From Acidobacteriota bacterium (lineage in GTDB: Bacteria > Acidobacteriota > Vicinamibacteria > Marinacidobacterales > Marinacidobacteraceae), in assembly GCA_022828085.1 (NCBI GenBank), contig JAJEIY010000031.1, positions 13,648-77,647 on the forward strand: 64,000 nucleotides of DNA. The letters run 5' to 3'. The first letter of the stretch is position 1; every line of letters starts with the position of its first letter. Shown one piece after another: positions 8,018 to 18,210 of the stretch. Position numbers and translations under genes: made by a program. Under the pieces are notes generated by a model, which was given only the letters and a program-made list of their open reading frames with translations, searched no databases and was not told where the DNA came from.

Positions 8018-9337
8018 ATGCGTGTCCTGCACCGGAGGCTGCTCATTGTCTCGGCGGTGGTCCTGGCGCTCGTTCCGGTGGGGTTCGGGATCCGGCTGCT
8101 CGACCGGATGGCGCTGGCCTACACGACCGGGCTTCGCCGGAGCGTGGACAGCCCCGGGTTCGGCGGCGTCATGCCGCCCGCCGACGGGCCGCCGCCCGGG
8201 GTGGCATTCATCGGTTTCTCCCGTCCCGCGGAGGACGCCGCGGGGTTCGTGATGCGCCGGGTCACCGCCCAGGGCCGGGAGGCCGGACTCCGGGACGGCG
8301 ACCGGGTCACCGCGGTGGACGGCGTCGCCTACCCGGACGCGCGGGAAGCGATGGGGGGACTCATCGGCACCCGGACCGCGGGCGAGACGGTGGACCTCAC
8401 GGTCGTGCGGAGCGGCGAGGAACTCACGCTGCCGCTCCGCCTCTCGCGCTACGTGCGGCATCCGGGGGACCTCGGACTGCCGTTCGAGGAGGTCGCCGTC
8501 GCGTCGGGAAGCGGCCACACCCTGCGGGGGTGGTGGATCCCGCCCCCCGGGGACAGCGACGGCCGGTCCGTGGTGTGGGTGCACGGCGCCCATTCCTCGC
8601 GCTACCAGGCGCTCGACCACGGCGCCGAGTTCCTGCACGCGCGGGGGTACGGGATCCTCACGATGGATCTCTCGGGCCGCGGCTCGAGCGACGGCGAGTA
8701 CATCACCTACACCTGGAACGAGCGGCACGACGTCCGCTCGATGGTGCGCTACCTGCGCTCGCGGCCGGACACCGACGCGTCGCGGGTGGTCGTCTTCGGG
8801 ACCTCGAACGGCGCCGCCTCCGCGATCTACGCGGCTGCCGCCCTCGGCGACCTTCCCGCGCTCGCGCTCGACGCTCCCTACGCCGACCTCTGGCGGGCGG
8901 CCGGCTCCATGCTCGAAATGAGGGGAGGAATACCGGCGCTCCGGGGTCCGCTCGCGCTCTTCGTCCGGGCCAGAACCGGCCTTCGCATCCGTGAGGTCCG
9001 GCCCATCGAGGTCATCGCGGACATCCCCGGTCCCGTCCTCTTCCTGCACGGCGACCGGGACCTGCAGGTCCCCCCGGAGCACAGCCTCGAACTCCACGAG
9101 GCCCGGATGGAAGCAGGGTTGCCCTCCCGGCGGTGGATCCTCCCGGGCGGCGAACACGGGTTCGACGCCTATCCGCTGCCTGGAATCTTCTGGAACCGGG
9201 TCGCGGACTTTTTCGACGACGCGCTGGGCGGCCGACCTCCGGGACGGGAACTCGGTGGACCGGCTCCCGACACCCTCGACGACCCGCTCTGGACCAGTGA
9301 CGGCCAGAACGGACCGGGTCGCGGAGGAACCCGTTGA
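8018..9337 (+). CDS. Membrane-anchored PDZ domain plus alpha/beta hydrolase
   Basis: N-terminal TM; AGLRDGDRVTAVDG (PDZ); VWVHG, GTSNG nucleophile elbow, LHGDRD, GGEH. Confidence 0.85.
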   Translation: MRVLHRRLLIVSAVVLALVPVGFGIRLLDRMALAYTTGLRRSVDSPGFGGVMPPADGPPPGVAFIGFSRPAEDAAGFVMRRVTAQGREAGLRDGDRVTAVDGVAYPDAREAMGGLIGTRTAGETVDLTVVRSGEELTLPLRLSRYVRHPGDLGLPFEEVAVASGSGHTLRGWWIPPPGDSDGRSVVWVHGAHSSRYQALDHGAEFLHARGYGILTMDLSGRGSSDGEYITYTWNERHDVRSMVRYLRSRPDTDASRVVVFGTSNGAASAIYAAAALGDLPALALDAPYADLWRAAGSMLEMRGGIPALRGPLALFVRARTGLRIREVRPIEVIADIPGPVLFLHGDRDLQVPPEHSLELHEARMEAGLPSRRWILPGGEHGFDAYPLPGIFWNRVADFFDDALGGRPPGRELGGPAPDTLDDPLWTSDGQNGPGRGGTR

Positions 9338-11757
9338 CGGGGGGATTCCGCGGCCTGGGCGGCATCGCCCTGGTGCCGGGGCTGCTCGCCGGCTGCGCGG
9401 CGCCCGATGCGCCGCAACCCGCCACGATCGGGCCGGCGTCCGGCTACGAGGAATTGGCGGGGCGGCTCGCCGGCTTCGTCCAGGCCGAAATGGAACACAA
9501 GCGGATCCCGGCCCTGGCGCTCGCCATCACCGACGGCGACCAGGTCGTCTGGGCGCGGGGTTTCGGGGAGGCGCGTCCCGGCGTGCCGGCCGACGCGGAC
9601 ACGCTCTTCCGGGTCGGGTCGGTGTCGAAGCTCTTCACCGACATCGCCGTGGTGGCGCGGCGCCAGGCCGGCGAGCTGGACCTCGACGGCGAGGTCTCGG
9701 AGGTCCTTCCGGGGTTTCAGCCCGCGAACGTCCCGGAAGAGGGCGGGGTCACGCTGCGCCGGCTGATGGCGCACCGGGCCGGGCTGGTCCGTGAGCCCCC
9801 GGTGGGGCACTACTTCGACGACACCGATCCCTCGCTCGCCGCGACCGTCGAGAGTCTGAACGGCGTCCCGCTCGTCTTCCCTCCGGGAACGAGGCAGAAG
9901 TACTCGAACGCGGGGATCGCGGTGGTCGGACGGGTTCTGGAACGCGCCGCCGGAATGCCCTTCGCCCAGGCGGTGACCGAAGAGGTGCTGGCGCCGCTCG
10001 GGCTGGAATCCAGTTCCTTCTCGCTGGCTGCCGCCCCGGCGGAACGGGTCGCCCACGCCACGATGTGGAGCTACGACGGCCGCGAGTTCCCGGCTCCCGG
10101 GTTCCCGCTCGGAATGGCGCCCGCCGGTTCGATGGTGACCTCGGTCCGCGATCTGGGCCGGTTCCTGACCCTGCTGGCGGGAGGCGAACTCCCGGGAGTG
10201 CTGGATTCGGACGCGCTTGCCGAGATGTGGCGGGTTCAGTTCCCGGCGGACCGGGGCGATCCGGAGCCCTCGGGGTTCGGGCTCGGCTTCTTCGTCGGCG
10301 CGCTCGAAGCCCCGGACGCCGCCGGCGAAACCGCCTCCCACCGGATCGTGCGGCACGGCGGCGCGATCTACGGCTACGCGACGGAACTGGCGTTCCTCCC
10401 CGAGGCGGGTCTCGGCGCCGTGGCGGTCAGCAACGTGGACTTCACGAACGCGGTGGTGTCCCGGATCGCCGAACTCGCGCTGCGGGGAGCGCTCGGGCTC
10501 CGTTCCGGGACCGATGTCTCCTTTCCCCGCTCCGAACCACTTCCCGAAGGCCTCCCGGCCCGGCTCCACGGCGTCTATGAGGCTGAGGACGGCGCGAGCC
10601 TCCGGGTGCTCGCCCGCGGCGGCCGCGCCGAGCTGGAGATCGGGAGCGCCACTGTGGAACTTCGCGCCTCCGGGACACCGCGGGTCCTCATCGCCGACTC
10701 GCGGCTTTCCTTCGGCCCGGAGATTGCCGTCCACGGCGGCGACGCGGGAGAGGTCCGGTCCCTGGGCATCGGGGACCGCGAGTTCCGGCGCGTCCCCGAA
10801 CCCCGTCCGCCCCCTCCGCCGGCGGAGTTCCTGCCCCTGATCGGCGAGTACGGCTGGGACCACAACATCCTTTTCGTGTTCGAGCGGGACGGAGCGCTCA
10901 CCGTGCTGATCGAATGGCTCGAGCGCTATCCGCTGACCCCCGACCCCGAGCATCCGGACCGCTTCCATTTCCCGGACCGGGGCCTCTACCCCGGCGAGTC
11001 GCTCCGTTTCCTCCGGGACGCCGGCGGCCGCGTCACCGGCGCCGACCTCTCCGGGATCGTCTTCGAGCGCCGTCCCGGACCGGGGGAAGGGACCTTCCGC
11101 ATCGAACCGCTGCTCCCGGTCGAGGAACTCCGCCGTCTCGCCGATGCCGGTTCTCCGCCCGTCGAGGAAGGCGACTTCCTCGATTCGGACTTGGTGCGCC
11201 TGACCGGCCTCGACCCCACGATCCACCTCGATGTCCGCTACGCCGGCGAGAACAACTTCATGGGGACCGCCTTCTACCAGGTCGCCGACGCCTTCCTGCA
11301 GCGCCCCGCGGCCGAGGCGCTGGCCCGCGCCCACGCCACGCTCGGAGACCACGGATACGGAGTGATCGTGCAGGACGGCTACCGGCCCTGGCGGGTCACG
11401 AAGATGTTCTTCGACGCGACTCCCGAGCATCAGCGCATCTTCGTGGCCGATCCGGCGTCGGGATCGCGGCACAACCGCGGCGCGGCGGTGGACATCGGCC
11501 TTTACGACCGCGCGACCGGCGAGGTGCAGGCCTTCGTCTCGGGCTACGACGAGTTCTCGGAGCGCGCCTTCCCGCGCTACGCCGGGGGAACCTCGGAGCA
11601 GCGCTGGCTCCGCGAACTGCTGCGGCAGGTCATGGAGCGCGAGGGGTTCGACGTCTACGAACACGAGTGGTGGCATTTCGACTACCGCGCCTGGGAGCGC
11701 TACGGCATCCAGAACGTGCCGCTCCACCGCATCGGGGAAGGGGAACCCGGGCCGTGA
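9334..11757 (+). CDS. Serine hydrolase (beta-lactamase class C/PBP-like) fused to a VanX-type (M15) D-Ala-D-Ala dipeptidase; lipoprotein
   Basis: LAGC lipobox; SVSK, YSN, HGG; C-terminal DGYRP, SRHNRGAAVD, EWWHF. Confidence 0.9.
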   Translation: MTGGFRGLGGIALVPGLLAGCAAPDAPQPATIGPASGYEELAGRLAGFVQAEMEHKRIPALALAITDGDQVVWARGFGEARPGVPADADTLFRVGSVSKLFTDIAVVARRQAGELDLDGEVSEVLPGFQPANVPEEGGVTLRRLMAHRAGLVREPPVGHYFDDTDPSLAATVESLNGVPLVFPPGTRQKYSNAGIAVVGRVLERAAGMPFAQAVTEEVLAPLGLESSSFSLAAAPAERVAHATMWSYDGREFPAPGFPLGMAPAGSMVTSVRDLGRFLTLLAGGELPGVLDSDALAEMWRVQFPADRGDPEPSGFGLGFFVGALEAPDAAGETASHRIVRHGGAIYGYATELAFLPEAGLGAVAVSNVDFTNAVVSRIAELALRGALGLRSGTDVSFPRSEPLPEGLPARLHGVYEAEDGASLRVLARGGRAELEIGSATVELRASGTPRVLIADSRLSFGPEIAVHGGDAGEVRSLGIGDREFRRVPEPRPPPPPAEFLPLIGEYGWDHNILFVFERDGALTVLIEWLERYPLTPDPEHPDRFHFPDRGLYPGESLRFLRDAGGRVTGADLSGIVFERRPGPGEGTFRIEPLLPVEELRRLADAGSPPVEEGDFLDSDLVRLTGLDPTIHLDVRYAGENNFMGTAFYQVADAFLQRPAAEALARAHATLGDHGYGVIVQDGYRPWRVTKMFFDATPEHQRIFVADPASGSRHNRGAAVDIGLYDRATGEVQAFVSGYDEFSERAFPRYAGGTSEQRWLRELLRQVMEREGFDVYEHEWWHFDYRAWERYGIQNVPLHRIGEGEPGP

Positions 11758-12479
11758 TTCTGGATCTGCTTTCGCGGGAGGGCCGGGAGGCGGCGCGGAT
11801 CCGGCGCGCCGCCAAGACGCTCACCGAGCGCTACGCGCAGCCGGAGCCCCGGATGGACGCCGCCGAGCGGCTCGTCCGCATCGGAACGCCCGAGGCGATC
11901 TACCAGCTTGCCCGGCGCTTCACCATCACCTCCGGAAACCTGGAACAGGACGACAAGGAAAAGCGCTGGGTCCGCGACCTCCTGGTCGAGCTGGAAGACC
12001 GCGCCTCCGAACCCGTCAAGCGCTACCTGAAGGGCCACGACGAGATCACCTGGGCGATGGACGCGCTCGCGAAGCTGCTGCCGGCCGGCGAGCTGGCCGC
12101 GTTCCTCTTCGAAGTTCTGCAGGACGGAGATCCGGTGGCGATCCGGGGGTCCAAGGCGGTCCAGATCCTCGACTTCCTTGCCGGGCTGGAGGCGGAAGAA
12201 GTCGCTGCCCCGGTGGCGCGCTGCCTCACGAGCAGCGACGACACGGTGCGGATCGCCGCGGTGGCGGCGCTCCGCGGCTACCGGGATCCGGACACCCGGG
12301 AACCGCTCCTCGAGGCCTTCGTCTCGGACGAAGAGGACTCCGTGCGGGTCCGGATCGCGATCGCGGAACTCTTCGCCGATCTGGAGTGGGAGATCCGCGG
12401 CCATCGTCCGGGGGTGGAGCGCGTCCTTCCCGATGGCTTCCGGGTCAGCTCCCGCGGCCGGATCGTCCGGGCCGGATAG
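11754..12479 (+). CDS. HEAT-repeat protein
   Basis: GTG overlaps the upstream stop; DDTVRIAAVAAL and EDSVRVRIAIAELF repeats. Confidence 0.7.
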   Translation: MILDLLSREGREAARIRRAAKTLTERYAQPEPRMDAAERLVRIGTPEAIYQLARRFTITSGNLEQDDKEKRWVRDLLVELEDRASEPVKRYLKGHDEITWAMDALAKLLPAGELAAFLFEVLQDGDPVAIRGSKAVQILDFLAGLEAEEVAAPVARCLTSSDDTVRIAAVAALRGYRDPDTREPLLEAFVSDEEDSVRVRIAIAELFADLEWEIRGHRPGVERVLPDGFRVSSRGRIVRAG

Positions 12480-12513
12480 TGGCGACGCGGGGCCGGCCTG
12501 ACGCCGCGCGCTG

Positions 12514-13950
12514 ATGGTCTCGGCCTCCACCGTTCTCGTCGTCCTCGGTTATCTCGCGGGGATCACCGCCTTCGGCATCTGGGTGGGCCGGCGGGACCGC
12601 TCGGTCACCGGTTTCTTCCTTGCCGGCCGCTCGGCGCCCTTCTGGGCGGTGGCCGCCTGCGTGGTGGCCACCGAAACCAGCGTCCTCACCTTCACGTCGA
12701 TTCCGGGGTTTGCCTACGAGGGCAACTTCGGGTTCCTCCAGTTGGCCATCGGGTTCCTGCTGGGCCGCGTGGGGATCGCGCTGGTGCTGCTCCCCGCCTA
12801 CTTCCGCGGCGAGGTGTTGACCACCTACGAACTGCTGCTGAAGCGGTTCGGCGCCCGCGTGCGGAGCGCCGCGGCGGCGATCTTCCTCGTGTACCGCAAC
12901 CTCGCCGACGGTGTCCGGCTGCACGCGGCGGCCCTCATGGTCGCGATCGTCGCCGGCGTTCCCGAGTGGTGGTGCATCGTGGCGCTCGCCGCCGCCATGG
13001 TGGCGTTCTCCGAAGAGGGCGGGGTCAAGGCCACCATCTGGACCGACGTCATTCAACTCGGCGTGTACCTCGTCGGGGCGGGGATCGTGGTCGCGGCGCT
13101 CTGGCAGGGGAGCGGCGCCGAGCCGCTCGACTGGATTCCCGCGGCGCGCGAGGCCGGCAAGTTCGACGTGGCGTTCCCCGCGTTCGACCTGACCATCCCC
13201 TACACCGTCTGGGCGGGCGTCATCGGCGGGTTCTTCCTCACCTTCGCGACCCACGGGGCGGACCAGTACCTGGCGCAGCGGCTGCTCGCGGCGCGTTCGC
13301 TTCGCCACGCCCAGGCGGGTCTCGTCCTCTCCGGCATCGGAGCGCTCTTCCAGTTCGTGCTCTTCCTGGGCATCGGCGCCTGGCTGTGGCACTACTACGG
13401 AGGGCGCGAGTTCGCCCGGCCCGACGAGGTGCTCCCGACCTTCGTCGCCGAGCACCTGTCGGGCGCCGCCGCCGGGATCACGCTCGCCGCGGTGGTGGCG
13501 GCCGCGCTCTCGCCGTCGCTGGTGAGTCTCGCCTCCACCACGGTGCGGGACTTCTGGCTGCCCTGGAAGCGGCGCCGGGCGGCGGCCGGCGCGGCCGCGG
13601 ACGACGAATCGGGACAGGTGCGGGTGGGGCGGCAGTTCGTCGTGGTGTGGGGCATCGTGCAGACCGCGGTGGCGCTCGTTGCGCAGCGGGCGCCGTCGGC
13701 GCTGGAGGCCGGGCTGTCGATCCTCTCCTACGCCTCCGGTCCCACCGTGGGCGCCTTTCTGCTCGCGGTCTTCTTCCCGCGGGCGCAGCCCAACGCGGTA
13801 CTGATCGGGATGGGCGGCGGGTTCGCCGCCCCGGCGCTGATCCGGCTGGCGGGATTCCCGCTTGCCTGGACCTGGGACGTTATGGTCGGCTCGCTCGCCA
13901 CTTTCGCGGTGGGCTGGCTCTTGAGCCGCTCCCGCACCACGGAGCCGTGA
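12514..13950 (+). CDS. Sodium:solute symporter (SSS) family protein
   Basis: FFLAGRS, ATETS, GGVKATIWTDVIQ, HGADQ..AQR motifs; multiple TM helices. Confidence 0.9.
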   Translation: MVSASTVLVVLGYLAGITAFGIWVGRRDRSVTGFFLAGRSAPFWAVAACVVATETSVLTFTSIPGFAYEGNFGFLQLAIGFLLGRVGIALVLLPAYFRGEVLTTYELLLKRFGARVRSAAAAIFLVYRNLADGVRLHAAALMVAIVAGVPEWWCIVALAAAMVAFSEEGGVKATIWTDVIQLGVYLVGAGIVVAALWQGSGAEPLDWIPAAREAGKFDVAFPAFDLTIPYTVWAGVIGGFFLTFATHGADQYLAQRLLAARSLRHAQAGLVLSGIGALFQFVLFLGIGAWLWHYYGGREFARPDEVLPTFVAEHLSGAAAGITLAAVVAAALSPSLVSLASTTVRDFWLPWKRRRAAAGAAADDESGQVRVGRQFVVVWGIVQTAVALVAQRAPSALEAGLSILSYASGPTVGAFLLAVFFPRAQPNAVLIGMGGGFAAPALIRLAGFPLAWTWDVMVGSLATFAVGWLLSRSRTTEP

Positions 13951-15482
13951 CCGACTACCGGACGATCCTCGCCGCCTTCCGCTCCTGGCGGACGCTCTCG
14001 GTCACCCTTCTCTCCTTCTCCTCGGGTATTCCCCTCGGCCTCGTCTGGTTCGCCATCCCGGACTGGATGCGGGACATCGGGGTGGACATCCGCATCGTCG
14101 GGCTCTTCAACCTGGCGCAGATCCCCTGGGCGTTCAAGATCCTCTGGTCGCCCTTCATGGACCGTTACGTCCCCGGTTTCTGGGGACGGCGGCGCGGCTG
14201 GATGGCGGTCACCCAGGTGGCGCTCCTGGCGCTCTGCATCCTGCTCGGGGGCGCCGGGGATCACCCCGACGCCATCTGGGTGGTGGCCGCGCTGGCGCTG
14301 GCGGTCGCGATCGCCTCGGCATCGCAGGACATCGTGGTGGACGCCTACGCGGTGGAGGTGCTGCGTCCCGAGGAGCACGGGGTGGCGGTGGGCGCCCGGG
14401 TGGCGCTCTACCGGGCGGCGATGGTGGTCGCCGGGGGCGGCGCGATCAGCGCGGCGGCTCTCTTCGGCTGGGGCGTGGTGAACGCGCTGCTGGGGCTGCT
14501 CTTCCTGCCGATGCTGCTTGTGACCTGGCGCGCCCCGGAGCCGGAGGAGCGCTTCGATCCGCCAAGCACGTTGCGGGACGCGGTGTGGAAGCCCTTCCTC
14601 GAGGCGCTGTCCCGGCCCCGGGCCTTCGAGATCTTCGCTTTCGTCTTCTTCTACAAGTTCGCCGACAACCTGGCCCAGTCGCTCACCCGGCCCTTCCTGA
14701 TCGACATGGGCTACGGGGCCGGACACCGGGGGATCGCGCTCGCCACCGTGGGAGCGGTGGTGACCATCGTCGGCACGTTCGCCGGCGGGCTCTTCACCAC
14801 CCTCGCCGGACTCGGACCGGCGCTCTGGGCGTTCGGCGTGCTCCAGATCTTCTCCAACCTCGGCTACTTCTTCGTCGCCGGCGCCGAGGGGAGCCTGGCG
14901 TGGATGTACGGCGCCTCGGCCTTCGAACTGTTCACGGGCGGCCTGGGCACGGGAGCGTTCTCGGTCCTCCTGCTGCGGATCACCGAGAAGCGCTTCTCCG
15001 CGACGCAGTACGCGCTCTTCTCCGGACTCTTTGCCCTGCCGCGCCTCCTCGCGGGTCCCTTCAGCGGCTTCGCGGTGGACGCGCTGGGCTGGCGGACGTT
15101 CTTCCTGTCCACCATGGCAATGGGGATTCCGGGACTGATCCTCCTCCATCGTTTCTCGCCCCTGGGGGTCCGGGATCCCAGGATCCGGCTCGGCGCGGGG
15201 GATGAGCCGGAGGCGCCCCGGCTCTCCACGGGGCTCGCCGGCCGTTTCGGCGTGTCCGCGCTTCTCGGTGGCGGGACGGTGTTCACCTTCGCCGTCCTGC
15301 TGGGGGCGCTGAAGGCGGCGCGCCTCGAACCCGAGGCCGGCTTCTCCCTCATGGCCGGGCTCCAGCCGATCGTGAACCCGGCGACCTTCGCGGACTGGGT
15401 TCAGGTGGGAGGAATCCTGGTGCTCGGGCTGATCTCGGGCCTCTTCGGCGCCGCTTTCGCGGCCGCGAGGCGGCGTACCTAG
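13947..15482 (+). CDS. ampG: AmpG-family muropeptide MFS transporter
   Basis: FSSGIPL, KILWSPFMDRY, GRRRGW, SASQDIVVDAY, YKFAD and FSATQYAL motifs. Confidence 0.88.
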   Translation: MTDYRTILAAFRSWRTLSVTLLSFSSGIPLGLVWFAIPDWMRDIGVDIRIVGLFNLAQIPWAFKILWSPFMDRYVPGFWGRRRGWMAVTQVALLALCILLGGAGDHPDAIWVVAALALAVAIASASQDIVVDAYAVEVLRPEEHGVAVGARVALYRAAMVVAGGGAISAAALFGWGVVNALLGLLFLPMLLVTWRAPEPEERFDPPSTLRDAVWKPFLEALSRPRAFEIFAFVFFYKFADNLAQSLTRPFLIDMGYGAGHRGIALATVGAVVTIVGTFAGGLFTTLAGLGPALWAFGVLQIFSNLGYFFVAGAEGSLAWMYGASAFELFTGGLGTGAFSVLLLRITEKRFSATQYALFSGLFALPRLLAGPFSGFAVDALGWRTFFLSTMAMGIPGLILLHRFSPLGVRDPRIRLGAGDEPEAPRLSTGLAGRFGVSALLGGGTVFTFAVLLGALKAARLEPEAGFSLMAGLQPIVNPATFADWVQVGGILVLGLISGLFGAAFAAARRRT

Positions 15483-15531
15483 TCCGCGGCGCCGCCGTGC
15501 CGCCAAGGGCGGCGGGCTAGATTCCCGGTAC

Positions 15532-17715
15532 ATGCACCGGGCGCGTTTCGCGGTAGCGGTCCTCCTTGTCCTGAGTTGCGCCGTGTCCGCGTCCGCCTTC
15601 ACCGGCAAGGTGGTTCTCCAGAGCGGCGAACCGGCGGCGGGGGCGATCGTCCAGATCCTGGGGCATCCGGGCTCGGCCGTAACGGACGGCCAGGGCCGGT
15701 TCGAGTGGCTGCCCGACCCGGCGCCCCCCTTCCACGTGCTGGTCGTGCTTCCCGGAGACCGGTACACCACGCCCGTCTTCGTCGAATCCGTCGACGCGGA
15801 AGAACTGCAGATCCGGGTGGAAGCCCTGGCTCTCCACGAGAGCGTCACGATCACGAGCGGCGCGGTGCCGCATACGGAAGCGACCCCGGGGAATGCTCCG
15901 GCCGTCATTGCCGGAGAGGCGATTCGCGTGCGGCAGGCGCCGCGGCTCACCGATGTGCTCGAAGCGGTGCCCGGAGGAAGCCGCGGGAGCGATCTGCACG
16001 CGGGCGCGCCCACGATCCGCGGGCTCTCCCGCGGAAGAACGGTGCTCCTCCTCGACGGGGCCCGGGTGACTTCGGAACGGCGGGCCGGCGCCAGCGCGTC
16101 CTTCCTGGACCCGTTCTTCCTCGAGACCGTGGAGGTGGTGCGCGGTCCCTCCTCGGTGTCGTACGGCTCCGACGCGTTCGGTGGAGTCATCCACGCCCGC
16201 ACGCGACGGCCGATACCGGGCGGTCCCGTTGGAGCGCGGGCTCGCGGAACCCTGGGAGCCGGGCTCCCGGAGGCCAGTTTCGGGGCGGAGGTCCAGGGGT
16301 CCGCTCTGGGCACCGGGTTCCTGGCCCAGGCGCGGCGGCGGGTCTTCTCCGAGTACTCGAGTCCCGAGGGCAAGGTCGAAGGCTCGGGCGCCGAGGACTA
16401 CGGGATGCTGCTCCGGGCCGCCAGAGGCCTGGGCGGAGGACATCTGGGAGTGGCCCTGCAATACGACGCGGGACGCAACGTCGGACGGCCGCGGCGGTCT
16501 TCGGCCACCACGTCCTATCCCGATGAAGACTCCCTCCGGCTGGTCACCGACTACCAGTTCGCGCCCCGCTGGGGGTTCGCGCGGCTGGATACCACGGCCT
16601 TCGTCGGTGCGCATCGGCTGGTCACCCGGCGGGAGGCGAACGGCGAAACGGCCGACTCCGAGGTTGCCGCGCACGACTTCATGTTGCGCGGGCGCGGTAT
16701 CCGGCCGTTCGGCGACGGCCGCCTCGAACTGGGAACCGAGTTTCTCAGCCGGTTCGGAATCTATTCGGAGACCCGGGGCGGACCGGACGATCCGGTTCTG
16801 AACGCCGCGGCGCGCCGTTCGGCGTTGGACGGCGCCCTGCGCCGGGAAGCGTCGGTGTACGGCCACGCCGAGACCCCGTTGGCGCCCCGGCTTGCCGGGA
16901 GCGCCGGAGCCCGCCTCTCCGCGGTGGCGACGCAGTCGGGCCTGGTCGACCGCCAGGAGCGCCAATCCACCAGTCACGGCGCTCTCAGCGGGTTTCTCGC
17001 GCTGCGCGCCGACCTTTGGCGCGGGGTGGCCCTGACCGGCCAGCTCTCCCGGGGCTTCCGTGACCCGACCCTCTCCGACCGCTACTACGCCGGCCTGAGC
17101 GGGCGCGGCATCGTGTTCGGGAATCCCGATCTGACTCCCGAACGGTCGCTCCAGTCGGACCTGTCGCTTCGTTACGACGGTGACGGGGTCCACGGCGGTT
17201 TCTACGCCTATCGCTACCGGATCTCCGACCTCATCGAGCGCCATGAGGAGGGAGAAGACCTGTACTTCTTCAGGAACCGGGGAGAGGCGACCCTTTCCGG
17301 CGTCGAGTTCGAGGTCCAGGTCGGAAACCCGAACGCCCCGTTCCTGCTGGATCTTTCGGCCGCCCTCACGCACGGTGTGGCCGACGGCGGCGCCGCTCTC
17401 GACGGAGTGCCTCCCGCCAACTTCCGGGCGGGCCTGCGCCGCCGCCTGCCGGCGCAGAGCTTCGCCGAGGTCGTTCTGCTGGCCTTCGCCGCGGACCGCG
17501 ACCCCGGACCGACCGAAGCCGCGTTGGACGCCTACGCGCGGCTCGATGCCGCCCTCGGGTTTCCCCTGAGCGGCGGCGCGGAACTGCGCTTCTCCGGCCG
17601 GAACCTCCTGAACGCCGCGTATCCCATCAGCGCCGATTCCCGCGCCGTCCTGGCTCCGGGACGGAGTCTCGTCGGCACGATCGTCTGGAACCTCGGAGCG
17701 TCGTCGGGGCCCTAG
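15532..17715 (+). CDS. TonB-dependent receptor with N-terminal carboxypeptidase-regulatory-like domain
   Basis: Signal peptide; plug IRGL...LLLDG, VEVVRGPSSVSYGSDAFGGVI; GNPDLTPE; RNLLN..Y...PGRS. Confidence 0.9.
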   Translation: MHRARFAVAVLLVLSCAVSASAFTGKVVLQSGEPAAGAIVQILGHPGSAVTDGQGRFEWLPDPAPPFHVLVVLPGDRYTTPVFVESVDAEELQIRVEALALHESVTITSGAVPHTEATPGNAPAVIAGEAIRVRQAPRLTDVLEAVPGGSRGSDLHAGAPTIRGLSRGRTVLLLDGARVTSERRAGASASFLDPFFLETVEVVRGPSSVSYGSDAFGGVIHARTRRPIPGGPVGARARGTLGAGLPEASFGAEVQGSALGTGFLAQARRRVFSEYSSPEGKVEGSGAEDYGMLLRAARGLGGGHLGVALQYDAGRNVGRPRRSSATTSYPDEDSLRLVTDYQFAPRWGFARLDTTAFVGAHRLVTRREANGETADSEVAAHDFMLRGRGIRPFGDGRLELGTEFLSRFGIYSETRGGPDDPVLNAAARRSALDGALRREASVYGHAETPLAPRLAGSAGARLSAVATQSGLVDRQERQSTSHGALSGFLALRADLWRGVALTGQLSRGFRDPTLSDRYYAGLSGRGIVFGNPDLTPERSLQSDLSLRYDGDGVHGGFYAYRYRISDLIERHEEGEDLYFFRNRGEATLSGVEFEVQVGNPNAPFLLDLSAALTHGVADGGAALDGVPPANFRAGLRRRLPAQSFAEVVLLAFAADRDPGPTEAALDAYARLDAALGFPLSGGAELRFSGRNLLNAAYPISADSRAVLAPGRSLVGTIVWNLGASSGP

Positions 17716-18174
17716 CAGCCCGTTGAAGCGACGGGACGGCGTATCCCGTCTGAACCGGGCCGCTGCGCTCCCATCGTCGCGTTTCGGCCGGAAACCAGCC
17801 GGTGTTCCGCCCCCATGCGGCTCGGCAGCCGGGCGCCTCGCCGCTCTTGGTGAGGCGCACCGCTTTCGGGACACCCGCACCAGTCCATGGTGACAGTTTC
17901 TGGAACATGCGGTGATCCACAAACGTAACGGTCAGCGAGCCTTCTACGCCAATCATTGGCCAAAACCGCGACAACCACCCATCGCCTGGTTATCGTCGCG
18001 TCGCTGACGCCGTTGACGATCGTACGTGACCGATTGTCATTACATTCATTACAGCCCGTTTTCGTAGACAGTCAAAGTATTGGGACCGATACGAGCTGGC
18101 GCCGCGCTGTGAAACAATCCAAGTACGTCGTACGCAGTAAGAAATCATCCTTTGGTTCGCATGCGGGTCTCGGT

Positions 18175-18210
18175 TGTCACCCGCGATACGTGACACATGA
18201 CACTGACACA
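18175..18210 (+). promoter_or_regulatory. TGACA repeat array (inverted plus direct), a putative operator upstream of the HTH gene
   Basis: TGTCAC-N9-GTGACA at 18175-18195; TGACAC at 18191, 18198 and 18204. Confidence 0.5.

Noticed and set aside
17712-17730. CTAGCAGCCCGTTGAA resembles an IS5/IS1182-type terminal repeat at the left edge of the low-GC insert
   Set aside because: No matching inverted end found near 22066-22200 or elsewhere by eye, and no transposase; may be chance or a relic
17917-17930. AAACGTAA resembles half of the TA operator at 7651-7669
   Set aside because: Only a half-site match of 8 nt with no palindrome; probably chance
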